From the NCBI GenBank assembly GCA_026391775.1, contig JAPLDK010000075.1:89-64088 (forward strand): 64,000 bases of DNA, given 5' to 3'. The notes beneath the pieces are model-generated. The model worked only from the letters and a program-made list of their open reading frames with translations, made no database searches and had not been told where the DNA came from. Position 1 is the first letter of the stretch; every line of letters begins with the position of its first letter. This DNA comes from Bacteroidota bacterium. Lineage in GTDB: Bacteria > Bacteroidota > Bacteroidia > Bacteroidales > FEN-979. Position numbers and translations under genes: made by a program. This document shows positions 47,719 through 56,903 of this stretch, piece by piece.

Positions 47719-48741
47719 ATGATAAACTGTCTTCTGACCGGAGGCTCCGGTTTTCTCGGGAAATTCATGATCGAAGAACTGCTCTCTTCCGACTCCCCTC
47801 TTCCTCTTAAATCGATTCGCATTTTTGACACTGACATATATCATGGCCCTGCCGATCCCCGCATAGAATTTATTAAAGGCAATATCCTTGACCAGGAAGC
47901 CCTGAACAAGGCCTGTCTGGGAATAGACGTTGTGCTTCATTCGGCAGCCATTGTCGACTGGGGCACCCATCCTCCGGAGGAAGTGTATGCCGTGAACACA
48001 AAGGGTACGGCAAATGTTATCAATGCCTGTAAGGCGGATGGCGTGAAGGCTCTTGTCTTTACAAGCTCCCTTGATGCCGTGTTCGGCGGCAAGCCGCTGG
48101 TCAATGTCGACGAAAGCATACCTTACCCGGCGGAGTATCCAAATATGTACTGCCGGAGCAAGGGGGAAGCTGAGAAACTTGTGAAAACAGCAAACATGGA
48201 TGGATTAAAAACAGTCCTCCTGAGGCCTGCGGATATCTGGGGCGAAGGCGATCCTTTTCATATAGGTTCCCTGGTGGATATGGCAAAAGGCGGTTTCTAT
48301 GTAAGAATAGGCGACGGAAGTGCAAAATCACAACATGTATATGCAGGGAATATGGCGGTAGCGCATATTCAGGCTGCCAAAGCATTGCTCGACGGGAATA
48401 GCCTTATCGCAGGGCAGGCTTATTTCATTACTGATTCCCCCGCCAGCAATTTCTTCCATTTTTATGATGCGATCGTTGCTGCAGCCGGGTTCAGGATATG
48501 GCCAAAGAATTTCTGGATCCCGCGGCCAGCGGCTTACACAATGGGAGCCCTGACTGAGTTTTCGGCTTTGCTCATCCGCCCATTCAAAAAAATAAATCCG
48601 AAATTCAGCCGGTTCGCAGTGATATATACCTGCAGCGATTTTACGTTTTCTTCGGATAAGGCAGTGAAGGATTTCGGGTTCAAACAGAAATACAGCGGAG
48701 AGGAGGCGTTTGCCAGGACGGTGGAATTTTATAAATCGTGA
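47719..48741 (+). CDS. NAD-dependent epimerase/dehydratase, 3-beta-hydroxysteroid dehydrogenase/isomerase-like SDR
   Basis: Extended-SDR motifs (LLTGGSGFLG and YCRSK, the YxxxK motif), 340 aa. Confidence 0.78.
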   Translation: MINCLLTGGSGFLGKFMIEELLSSDSPLPLKSIRIFDTDIYHGPADPRIEFIKGNILDQEALNKACLGIDVVLHSAAIVDWGTHPPEEVYAVNTKGTANVINACKADGVKALVFTSSLDAVFGGKPLVNVDESIPYPAEYPNMYCRSKGEAEKLVKTANMDGLKTVLLRPADIWGEGDPFHIGSLVDMAKGGFYVRIGDGSAKSQHVYAGNMAVAHIQAAKALLDGNSLIAGQAYFITDSPASNFFHFYDAIVAAAGFRIWPKNFWIPRPAAYTMGALTEFSALLIRPFKKINPKFSRFAVIYTCSDFTFSSDKAVKDFGFKQKYSGEEAFARTVEFYKS

Positions 48742-48757
48742 TGGTTCGATAATATGG

Positions 48758-48836
48758 AGCGAAACAATTCACACAAGCCGCCTTGGGTGAGCGAAGCGGA
48801 ACCCCAGCGGCGGTGTAAGGCTGTGAGCGTTTCGCT
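48758..48836. other. 79-nt nested imperfect GC-rich hairpin between convergent genes
   Basis: Paired segments are AGCGAAAC(48758-65)/GTTTCGCT(48829-36), CACA(48770-73)/TGTG(48822-25), GCCGCC(48777-82)/GGCGGT(48809-14) and TGGG(48784-87)/CCCA(48803-06). The apical loop is TGAGCGAAGCGGAAC. Confidence 0.5.
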
Positions 48837-48838
48837 AT

Positions 48839-49174
48839 TTAAAAAGTAATAACCCTTCCCTCCCCCTGCAAATACTGGGTCAATACTTCCCCCATGTATT
48901 TAACTTCGATCCCGAGCGATCTGATAACTGATGTAACGCCGTAAGCTTCGGTGCAGCCCCTGCAGGCTTCAACATTGATGCCGCTTTGCTGAACGAAATC
49001 CAGTTCCCTCTGAACGTCCTTGTCCTGGGCGAGTAACCGCGCCGAAGGCCCCCAGATTACGAGATTGATCTCATCCCACCATCCCATGCTTTTGGCATCC
49101 ATCAGGTAGACGAATATCATTCTCATAGCCACATCTTTTTCGCCTGTTGACCAAACGACGTTGAGTTTTTTCAT
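48839..49174 (-). CDS. DsrE/DsrF-like family protein
   Basis: Start moved to the ATG at 49174 (MKKLNVVWSTGEKDVAMRMIFVY..). Small alpha/beta protein with an ACRGC motif. The family call is tentative. Confidence 0.5.
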   Translation of the reverse strand: MKKLNVVWSTGEKDVAMRMIFVYLMDAKSMGWWDEINLVIWGPSARLLAQDKDVQRELDFVQQSGINVEACRGCTEAYGVTSVIRSLGIEVKYMGEVLTQYLQGEGRVITF

Positions 49175-49181
49175 TACTTCG

Positions 49182-49682
49182 TTATTTTGGTGGAGGCAGT
49201 CTGAAATCGCCGAACAGTTCCTTTTCGGTGTACTTCTTCTGCTTCGATAAGGCTTCAACTTCGATCTGATCCCCGGCTGTGATGGATTTCATTGCCATGA
49301 ACCATTTCAGTTTTGAACCGAGTATTGAGTCTTGTTTTACCATCGCCTGGTACTCAGTATTAACCACCCAGTAATAATCCTGCCAGCATTTTCTCATTTT
49401 CTCAGAAGGGAGAACGTAGGAAAAATACTGTGCCAGCAGCCTTCGGGGGCCTACTTCCTTGTTCAGAACGATGAGGGTTGTAACGTAGCGGTCGTATTGT
49501 TTTACTTCTTCGACCCCAGCTGCCCTGTCACGGAAGCCGTAATCGATCACCATAGTCACAATGACAAGGGCCACCGACCCGATCAGCCATTTCACAACAT
49601 CGAAGATCAGCTTTAACTTCTGAAGCTCAGTGATTGCAGCGCCGGCTTTCTGGGTTACGGTTTTTACTGTTTCTTTTTCCAT
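49182..49682 (-). CDS. hypothetical membrane protein
   Basis: 166 aa with one central TM helix (WLIGSVALVIVTMVIDYG). It lies 7 nt upstream of the DsrE-like gene. I recognise no family. Confidence 0.45.
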   Translation of the reverse strand: MEKETVKTVTQKAGAAITELQKLKLIFDVVKWLIGSVALVIVTMVIDYGFRDRAAGVEEVKQYDRYVTTLIVLNKEVGPRRLLAQYFSYVLPSEKMRKCWQDYYWVVNTEYQAMVKQDSILGSKLKWFMAMKSITAGDQIEVEALSKQKKYTEKELFGDFRLPPPK

Positions 49683-49747
49683 AAAAGGGTAATTTTAAGG
49701 ATTCGCTACTTTACAAATATAACGAGTATTGTAACTAAAATCAAGTA

Positions 49748-51049
49748 TTACAATCCTGCCACCAATTGCTTGAGCTGTGTTTCCGCCACTTTCAGGTTAA
49801 ATTCGAAGCTATAAAAACGCGCCAGCGAATTGGCATAGCTTTCCTGTGCCTGCCTCACTTCCAAAGCAGTGGTCTGCCCCAGTCTCAGCCTCTCGAGGGA
49901 TATCCGTAAATTTTCTTTTGCCAGGGTCAGGTTGTCCTTTTCTATTCCAAGCAAAGTTTTCTGATCATCAAAGTCGGTAAGTGCGGTCTTCAGCTGGGTG
50001 TTGACCTGCAGCTTCACATTGTCGAGGCTGTATTGCGAGGACTGCAGCTGGATCTTCGCTGCCTTGACCTGTCGTAACGCATTGCCTGCCTGGTAAACCG
50101 GGATGATCAGGCTGCCTCCGACAAGTGGGCCGTACGACCGGTTTGTGATCACGTTTGATGCGCTGTTATCATTCTGCTGGAAATTGTAAGCTGCAATAAA
50201 ATTCAGTTTCGGCAGGCGGTATGTCTTGTATTCCCCGAGGCTGAGCTTTGCTATATCGACCTGCTTCTGGTACGAAAGCACACTGGTGTTATTGACATAA
50301 AGCTTGTTCATCAGGTCAACAGGATCAGGCTGATAATTCAGTGGGATTGTATCGGCCACCTCAAACTCGGTTTCCGGGTCACGGGCAATCACCTGGTTGA
50401 GGGCCCGTTTGGAATTACGGATGTTGTTCAGCTGGTCAATCTCGGCTTCCCTGTTCACATTCAGGTCAATCTTTGCCTGCAGCAAATCGTTTTTATGGGC
50501 TATTCCTGCATCATACCCTTTCTGAAGTATTTTAACCCGTTCGAGGCTGTAGGCCATCACATCGCGTATGGCAAACAGTTGCTGCTTCTGCACAACTACC
50601 TGGTAGAATGCCACATTAACAGTATACACCGTTTGCATGACCATATCCCTGAACTGAATCTCGCCCAGTTTCTCAATCTGGGTCAGTTTGTTTTTAGTGA
50701 TGAACATCCTGGTTCCGTCAAACAGCGTCCAGTTCAGGGCAGCGCTTGCGTTGAATGCATTTGAGGTCCCTGCGGATGAGGTGATGGTGCTTCCCGAGGA
50801 AAGGTTCAGGTATACGTTGTTTACCGAATAATTGTCGGTTCCGGTCACCATGATGTTAGGCAACATTCCTGCGTTTCCCAGGGTATTATTGACTTTTGCG
50901 ACATCGGCGTTGTTTCTTGCCACAGAAACGTCGTAATTGTTCTTCAGTGCGATTCCGACTGCGTCTTCCACGCTCAGCAGGGATTGGGCTGACAAGCCGG
51001 TCCCGGCAATCAGTAAGCCAAACAGGACTATGATCTTCTTATTCAGCAT
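49748..51049 (-). CDS. TolC-family outer-membrane efflux protein
   Basis: Signal peptide and a two-repeat OEP architecture. It overlaps the RND gene by 11 nt. Confidence 0.85.
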   Translation of the reverse strand: MLNKKIIVLFGLLIAGTGLSAQSLLSVEDAVGIALKNNYDVSVARNNADVAKVNNTLGNAGMLPNIMVTGTDNYSVNNVYLNLSSGSTITSSAGTSNAFNASAALNWTLFDGTRMFITKNKLTQIEKLGEIQFRDMVMQTVYTVNVAFYQVVVQKQQLFAIRDVMAYSLERVKILQKGYDAGIAHKNDLLQAKIDLNVNREAEIDQLNNIRNSKRALNQVIARDPETEFEVADTIPLNYQPDPVDLMNKLYVNNTSVLSYQKQVDIAKLSLGEYKTYRLPKLNFIAAYNFQQNDNSASNVITNRSYGPLVGGSLIIPVYQAGNALRQVKAAKIQLQSSQYSLDNVKLQVNTQLKTALTDFDDQKTLLGIEKDNLTLAKENLRISLERLRLGQTTALEVRQAQESYANSLARFYSFEFNLKVAETQLKQLVAGL

Positions 51050-54000
51050 GGCCTTCGGAATAATCGGGGATTTGCTCTTTTTTACCCGACATCATGGCGT
51101 ACATGGCCGGAATGACAAAGAGGGTGAGTATGAGTGAAAACAGAAGTCCGCCTACTACGACTACCCCTAGGGGGGTGCGGCTCTGCGCGCCTGCGCCCAG
51201 GGCCAGCGCAATAGGCATGGCGCCGAAAATCGTCGCAAGGGATGTCATCAGGATGGGGCGCAGGCGCGCAGCTGCCGCCTCAAACGCCGCTTCGGACTTC
51301 GACAAGCCCAACTTCCGCTTCTGGTTTGCAAATTCAACGATAAGTATACCATTCTTGGTGACCAGTCCCACCAGCATGATCATCCCGATCTCGGAAAAAA
51401 TGTTCAGGGTGCTTCCCAGGATGAAAAGGGAAAGCAAGGCGCCCGTGACGGCCAACGGCACAGTGATCATGATGATAAGCGGATCGATAAAACTTTCAAA
51501 CTGGGCCGACAGGATCAGGTAGATCAGCACAAGGGCGAGTACAAAAGCAAAAGAGGTGTTCGAACTGCTTTCAGCAAAGTCGCGTGAAGGGCCAAGCAGG
51601 TCGGTCTGAAAGGAGTCGTCAACCGTTTCCTTCGCTATCCTTTTCATGGCTGCAATACCTTCTCCAAGAGTCTTGCCCTGGGCCAGGGAAGCGGAAATAG
51701 TTGCCGACTTATACCTGTTGTAATGGAACAGGGTTGGCGGCTCGCTGCTTTCCTCCATCCTTACAAGGTTGTCGAGCTGGATCAACTGGCCGCTATTGGT
51801 CCTTACATACATAGAGGCAATATCGGCCGGCTTGCTCCTGTTCTCCCGGTCAAACTGACCGATCACAAAATACTGCTTCTCGTTCCTGAGGAAATAGCCG
51901 TACCTCTTTCCGCTTAAGGCAAACTGAAGGGTATTCGAGATGTCAATAATGTTGATTCCAAGATCTGTTGCTTTCATGCGGTCAACAATAATATTGACCT
52001 CGGGCTTGTTGAATTTCAGGTTCACATCCACGTTCCCGAAAGTGGGGTCCTTACGTGCAAGGTCAAGGAAAGCAGGAACCACCTGCCTGAGTTTGTCGAA
52101 ATCGAGGTTCTGCAATACAAACTGCACGGGAAGCTGGGATCCTGATGCCAGGGAAGTGGAGATTGTCTGCTCCTGGTTGGGTATTATCCTTGCTTCCGGA
52201 AACCCTTTGTAAATTTTAACAAGCCTGTCATAGACCTGCTGCTGGGTGGCCTTCCTCTCGTTCGGTTCCTTAAGAAAAATATTTACAAACCCAATATTGG
52301 ACGAGGTGCTGCCAAAACCTGATCCGGCACGGGCAAAGATCAGACGGGCCTCCGGGACTTTGCTGCTTAATGTATCGGCAATACGGTCGACCAGCTTCTC
52401 CATATAATCGAAATCGGTACCCTCAGGAGCGGTTATAGACGTACGTAGAATACTGTGGTCCTCCAATGGCGCAAGTTCCGATTTCAGGGATTTGAATAAG
52501 ACGATCACCAGTACCAGGCAAATCCCCAATATCGCCAGGCTCAGCCATTTGCGTTTCATATAAGCGGTAAGCAGCCTGCGGTACTGCCTGTCCATCCCTG
52601 CAAAGAAAGGCTCGGTAATCCTGTAAAACTTTAATGATTTAATGTCCCGTTTACCCATCTTTACATTCAGTACCGGGGTCAGGGTAAGCGAAACAAGTGC
52701 AGAGATCAGCACTGCTCCTGCGAGGACGATGCCGAATTCACGGAATAACCTTCCGGTAAAACCCTGCAGGAAGATCACAGGAATAAAGACGATTGCCAGA
52801 GTAATCGAAGTTGAGACAACGGCAAAAAGAATTTCACGGGTTCCCGCAAAAGCTGCCTTGTACCTGTCCATCCCCTGCTCAATTTTCTTATAAATATTTT
52901 CAGTGACCACTATGCCGTCGTCGACCACAAGGCCTGTCGCCAGTACGATTGCAAGTAAAGTCAGAACATTCACTGAAAAACCGAAAAGATACATCAGGAA
53001 GAAGGAGCCTATCAGGGAGACCGGTATATCGATCAAAGGCCTGAGAGCTATCACCGTATTCCGGAAGAAAAGAAAAACAATAAGTACAACCAGGGAAATG
53101 GCCAGAAGTATGGTTTCCCCAACATCCTTGACCGACTGCCTCATGAATTTGGTTTTATCGTAACCTACGTCCAGCTTCATTCCTGCCGGAAGGTTTTTCT
53201 TGATTTCGGTAAAACGCTTGTAGAATTCATCTGCTATGGCGATATCGTTTGCCCCGGGAAGCGGGATCAGTGCAAGCGAAATCCCTGTGGCCCCGTTCAG
53301 CTTGACACCGGTTTCTTCAACTTCCGCACCCAGCACCGCTTCTCCTATATCGCTCAGCCGTATAACCTGGTCGTTGGCCTGGCGGATGATCATGTTGTTA
53401 AAATCATCCTCCGTTGTCAGCCTTCCAAAGGTCTTCACGATCAGCTCTGTGGAATTGCCCCTGACTTTGCCACCCGGAAGGTCAACATTCTCTCTCAGAA
53501 GTGCAATGTTGACGTCCTCAGCGGTAAGGTTGTAGGCTGTCATTTTCTTTGGGTTCAGCCATAACCTCATGGCTGGCCTTTTCTGACCGAACAGCATCAC
53601 TGAACTGACTCCGGGTATTGTTTGCAACTTTTCCTGCAATACATTCTCGGCATAATCGCTGAGTTGCATGGGGTTCATGGTAGTGCTCTGAACAGCTACG
53701 GTAATGATGGGATCGCTGTTGGCATCCGCCTTGGTCACAACCGGTGGAGCATCCAGGTCCTGCGGCAGGTTGCGCATAGCCTGGCTGGTCTTGTCACGTA
53801 CGTCGTTGGCCGCTTTCTCCAGGTCGGCACTAACATTGAACTCAACAGTGATATTACTGGAACCGGTTGATGAGGAAGAAGATATTGAACGTACTCCTTC
53901 AATACCGTTTATGGCTTTCTCGAGTGGTTCTGTAATCTGGGATTCAATAATATCGGCGTTCGCACCGGCATAGAAAGTCTGGACGTTGATGGTAGGCGGG

Positions 54001-54122
54001 TCAATGGCCGGGTATAACCTGACCCCCAGGTAAGAAAAACCCACAAAACCGAATAGTACAATGATCAGACTTAAGACAATCGAAGCAACAGGTCGCTTTA
54101 TCGCGAAATCGGAAATGGTCAT
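51039..54122 (-). CDS. RND-family efflux permease (AcrB/HAE1-like)
   Basis: 1027 aa, 12-TM pattern with two large periplasmic loops. The N-terminus (FAIKRPVASIVLSLIIVLFG) is typical. Confidence 0.95.
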   Translation of the reverse strand: MTISDFAIKRPVASIVLSLIIVLFGFVGFSYLGVRLYPAIDPPTINVQTFYAGANADIIESQITEPLEKAINGIEGVRSISSSSSTGSSNITVEFNVSADLEKAANDVRDKTSQAMRNLPQDLDAPPVVTKADANSDPIITVAVQSTTMNPMQLSDYAENVLQEKLQTIPGVSSVMLFGQKRPAMRLWLNPKKMTAYNLTAEDVNIALLRENVDLPGGKVRGNSTELIVKTFGRLTTEDDFNNMIIRQANDQVIRLSDIGEAVLGAEVEETGVKLNGATGISLALIPLPGANDIAIADEFYKRFTEIKKNLPAGMKLDVGYDKTKFMRQSVKDVGETILLAISLVVLIVFLFFRNTVIALRPLIDIPVSLIGSFFLMYLFGFSVNVLTLLAIVLATGLVVDDGIVVTENIYKKIEQGMDRYKAAFAGTREILFAVVSTSITLAIVFIPVIFLQGFTGRLFREFGIVLAGAVLISALVSLTLTPVLNVKMGKRDIKSLKFYRITEPFFAGMDRQYRRLLTAYMKRKWLSLAILGICLVLVIVLFKSLKSELAPLEDHSILRTSITAPEGTDFDYMEKLVDRIADTLSSKVPEARLIFARAGSGFGSTSSNIGFVNIFLKEPNERKATQQQVYDRLVKIYKGFPEARIIPNQEQTISTSLASGSQLPVQFVLQNLDFDKLRQVVPAFLDLARKDPTFGNVDVNLKFNKPEVNIIVDRMKATDLGINIIDISNTLQFALSGKRYGYFLRNEKQYFVIGQFDRENRSKPADIASMYVRTNSGQLIQLDNLVRMEESSEPPTLFHYNRYKSATISASLAQGKTLGEGIAAMKRIAKETVDDSFQTDLLGPSRDFAESSSNTSFAFVLALVLIYLILSAQFESFIDPLIIMITVPLAVTGALLSLFILGSTLNIFSEIGMIMLVGLVTKNGILIVEFANQKRKLGLSKSEAAFEAAAARLRPILMTSLATIFGAMPIALALGAGAQSRTPLGVVVVGGLLFSLILTLFVIPAMYAMMSGKKEQIPDYSEGHAE

Positions 54123-54128
54123 ATGCCC

Positions 54129-55172
54129 TTATTTTATTTTCGCAAAGGTCAGTTCCATATCAGGTTTGATGAAAAGCACACCGGTGGTAACTACTGTATC
54201 CCCGACAGCAAGCCCCTGGATGACCTCGATAGACCCTGCTTTTCTAACCCCTGTTTGAATGGGCACAAACACTGCTTTCCCTCCCTTGCAAACTACCACG
54301 CTTTTACTTCTCTCTTTCATGATGATGGCCTGAGTGGGTATCATCAGTGCGTTGTGGTTCTCGTTCAGCCTGAGCTCAACACTGGCATATGCACCCGGAG
54401 TAAGAGCAGGAGCATGGGATTCAACTATAGCCCTGGCCTTGAGGTTGCGTGTGTTCAGATCAATTCCTTCCTCCGTTGCCATGACTTCAGCATCGTATTT
54501 TTTTTCGTCGCCCTCAACAGTGAATTTAACCTTTGTCCCCCGGTGTATCATGGAACTGTACTTGCCGGGAACTGAAAAATCAAGCTTCAGTTTGTCCGAC
54601 TCGCGAATAGTTGCAATGGGTGTCGATTGTGTAACCTGCGCACCCAGGCTGATGTTCCTTAAACCAATTACACCGTCATAGGGCGCCAGTACTTCCGTTT
54701 TGGATATCTGCGCCTTTAACAGGTCAATATCATTCTTTACCGATGTGACTAATAAAGCCTGCTGATCATATTCCACCTGGCTGATGCCATCGACCTTAAG
54801 CAATTCGGCCTGTCGGTCAAGGATCTGTTTACCTATCTCATACTGGGTCTGGGCCTTTTTAAGCTGGGCCTGAAGGTCAAGGTCAAATATCTTTATCAGC
54901 ATTGTGCCTTTCTTCACAAGCTGGCCCTCCGGCAGGTTGACCATCACCACCCGTCCCGGCATTTCCGGCATCAGGACGGTTTCCTCGAACGGTTTAAGGG
55001 TACCCGATATACCTATGGTTTCATCGACTACCGAAGGAGTGACAACATACCCTTCAATAAAGGAAATAGACGCCATATCCTTTCCATCCTTTTTCTTTTT
55101 ACCCCCGGAACACGATGAGCCGAAGACAAAAAGAAGGACAAGAAACAAATTCAGTACTATGCTTTTATTCAT
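54129..55172 (-). CDS. RND efflux periplasmic adaptor (MFP/HlyD-like) lipoprotein
   Basis: Lipobox (VFGSSC), a coiled-coil hairpin, and beta-barrel and MP domains. It lies directly upstream of the RND permease. Confidence 0.9.
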   Translation of the reverse strand: MNKSIVLNLFLVLLFVFGSSCSGGKKKKDGKDMASISFIEGYVVTPSVVDETIGISGTLKPFEETVLMPEMPGRVVMVNLPEGQLVKKGTMLIKIFDLDLQAQLKKAQTQYEIGKQILDRQAELLKVDGISQVEYDQQALLVTSVKNDIDLLKAQISKTEVLAPYDGVIGLRNISLGAQVTQSTPIATIRESDKLKLDFSVPGKYSSMIHRGTKVKFTVEGDEKKYDAEVMATEEGIDLNTRNLKARAIVESHAPALTPGAYASVELRLNENHNALMIPTQAIIMKERSKSVVVCKGGKAVFVPIQTGVRKAGSIEVIQGLAVGDTVVTTGVLFIKPDMELTFAKIK

Positions 55173-55239
55173 ACATCCAGGCTAAACAGCCCCTGTCCCT
55201 GAGCGAATGTGATTCCGGCCAACATGGGCTTCTAATTGA

Positions 55240-55253
55240 TTGTAAAATTACAA
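55240..55253. promoter_or_regulatory. inverted repeat TTGTAA-aa-TTACAA upstream of the efflux operon
   Basis: Seen directly, 68-81 nt upstream of the adaptor ATG (55172). Candidate operator, with no supporting data. Confidence 0.25.
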
Positions 55254-55350
55254 AATTCAAAGGAGCTTTAATAACCATTAGGCATGTTGATATGAATTAA
55301 CCTACAAAGGCCGGAGTTTTACCGATTAACCAGCCGGAATGAGAAAAAAT

Positions 55351-55393
55351 CGGATGATTGTCATTTTTATTAAATTGGCTGTTGCCGGATGAT
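55351..55393 (+). promoter_or_regulatory. direct repeats CGGATGAT (x2, 35 bp apart) upstream of the MocR-type regulator gene
   Basis: CGGATGAT at 55351-58 and 55386-93, plus the related CGGAATGA at 55335-42. MocR regulators commonly bind spaced repeats (established knowledge). The link to these repeats is inference. Confidence 0.25.
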
Positions 55394-55404
55394 GTATTTC
55401 GGTA

Positions 55405-55412
55405 TATTTTTG
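55405..55412 (+). promoter_or_regulatory. -7 promoter box TATTTTTG
   Basis: TAnnTTTG match 19 nt upstream of the ATG at 55431. Confidence 0.45.
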
Positions 55413-55430
55413 CTCTACCAATTATGAAGT

Positions 55431-56900
55431 ATGATAACCATCAATAAATCTCTTTCCACCCCACTGCATAAACAGATCTTTCTTCGATTTAAGGAGCTTA
55501 TCGAAAAGGGGACACTCAAACCCGGCGACCGGCTGCCACCCACAAGGGTTCTTGCCGGAACCCTTGGCGTGAACCGCACAACGGTTTACCTGGCCTACGA
55601 GGAACTCTGGTCCATGGGGTACATCGAAAGCAGGCCCGGTTCATATTCATTTGTACGGCAGAGAACTGGTCTTGCTGCCGAATCGGCAGTTCAAAGGAAG
55701 AGCCTGCTCGATTGGGGCAAACTTTGCAACCCCCTTTTGAATGAACTTAACGAACGCCGTATTGCTTCAAGGCTGAAAAATTTCGGGAAGTCCTGCATCG
55801 ACTTTGTTTCACTCAGCCCCGATCCGGCTATTCTCCCTGCCGAAGCATTCCGTAAAGCTATGAACCAGGTACTTAAGAAGGATGGCCGCAGCCTGCTGCA
55901 ATACGGCGATCCACGGGGCTATCAGCCTTTGCGTGAATACATCGCCGATTTTATGAACCGACATTCGGTAAAAATTTGCTCCGATGAGATACTGATCACT
56001 TACGGTGTGCAGTCGGCCCTTTCATTGCTGCTGAAAACCCTTGTAAAACCGGGCGACAGTATCATCACCGAATCACCCACCTACCTTACCGCCATTCCGC
56101 TTTTCCGGCTTCACGGAGCTAAAATACTAACAGTTCCTGTAATCCCTTCAGGTATGGACCTTCAGGCATTGGAAGCCCTCCTGCAGAAAAATAAGGTCTC
56201 CCTGATTTATACGATGCCCGATTTCCAGAACCCTGCGGGTATTTCAACCAGCCAGGCTCACCGTGAATACCTGCTGCGTATCTGCGAAAAGTATAAAACA
56301 CCTCTGGTTGAAGACGGGTTCATGGAAGAAATAAAATATTCTCCCAAAGTTGTAATGCCTGTAAAATCCATGGATTCCGGGAATACCGTGGTTTACCTGG
56401 GAACATTTTCAAAATTTCTGTTCCCGGGACTGCGCATAGGCTGGATAGCTGCTGATAAGGAACTGATCAGCCGCATTGCAACCCTTGTTTATTATGAACT
56501 GCTTGGGGGCAATATCCTTGACCAGGCAGCGCTGAACCGCTTTTGCCGGGACGGACAACTGGAAGTGCATCTGAAAATACTGCACAGGATCTACCGTAAA
56601 AGGATGCAGGTGGCTTTACGTTCAGCACGCAGATTCTGCGAAGGGGAAAATATAAGCTTTACACGGCCAACCGGCGGATACCTTCTCTGGATGAGGATAA
56701 ACGGAACACAGCATTCCGAAGAGAAGATCATCAGTAAAATACTTGAAAAAGGTACAGCTGTTGTTCCGGGGAGCTTTGCATTTGCAGATACCCCTCCCTT
56801 TGCCTCATTCCGTATTTCGATAGGCCATTGTGACGAAGCACAGATTGAAGAAGGCTTCCGCAGGATAGGACAGGCGCTGGATGAATTAAAAATCAAGTAG
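55431..56900 (+). CDS. MocR/GabR-type regulator (GntR wHTH fused to a fold-type-I aminotransferase domain)
   Basis: wHTH (LPPTRVLAGTLGVNRTTVYLAYEELWSMGYIESRPGSYSFV) plus a ~370-aa PLP-aminotransferase-like domain (YGDPRGYQPLRE.., TFSKFLFPGLRIGW). Confidence 0.88.
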   Translation: MITINKSLSTPLHKQIFLRFKELIEKGTLKPGDRLPPTRVLAGTLGVNRTTVYLAYEELWSMGYIESRPGSYSFVRQRTGLAAESAVQRKSLLDWGKLCNPLLNELNERRIASRLKNFGKSCIDFVSLSPDPAILPAEAFRKAMNQVLKKDGRSLLQYGDPRGYQPLREYIADFMNRHSVKICSDEILITYGVQSALSLLLKTLVKPGDSIITESPTYLTAIPLFRLHGAKILTVPVIPSGMDLQALEALLQKNKVSLIYTMPDFQNPAGISTSQAHREYLLRICEKYKTPLVEDGFMEEIKYSPKVVMPVKSMDSGNTVVYLGTFSKFLFPGLRIGWIAADKELISRIATLVYYELLGGNILDQAALNRFCRDGQLEVHLKILHRIYRKRMQVALRSARRFCEGENISFTRPTGGYLLWMRINGTQHSEEKIISKILEKGTAVVPGSFAFADTPPFASFRISIGHCDEAQIEEGFRRIGQALDELKIK

Positions 56901-56903
56901 TGT

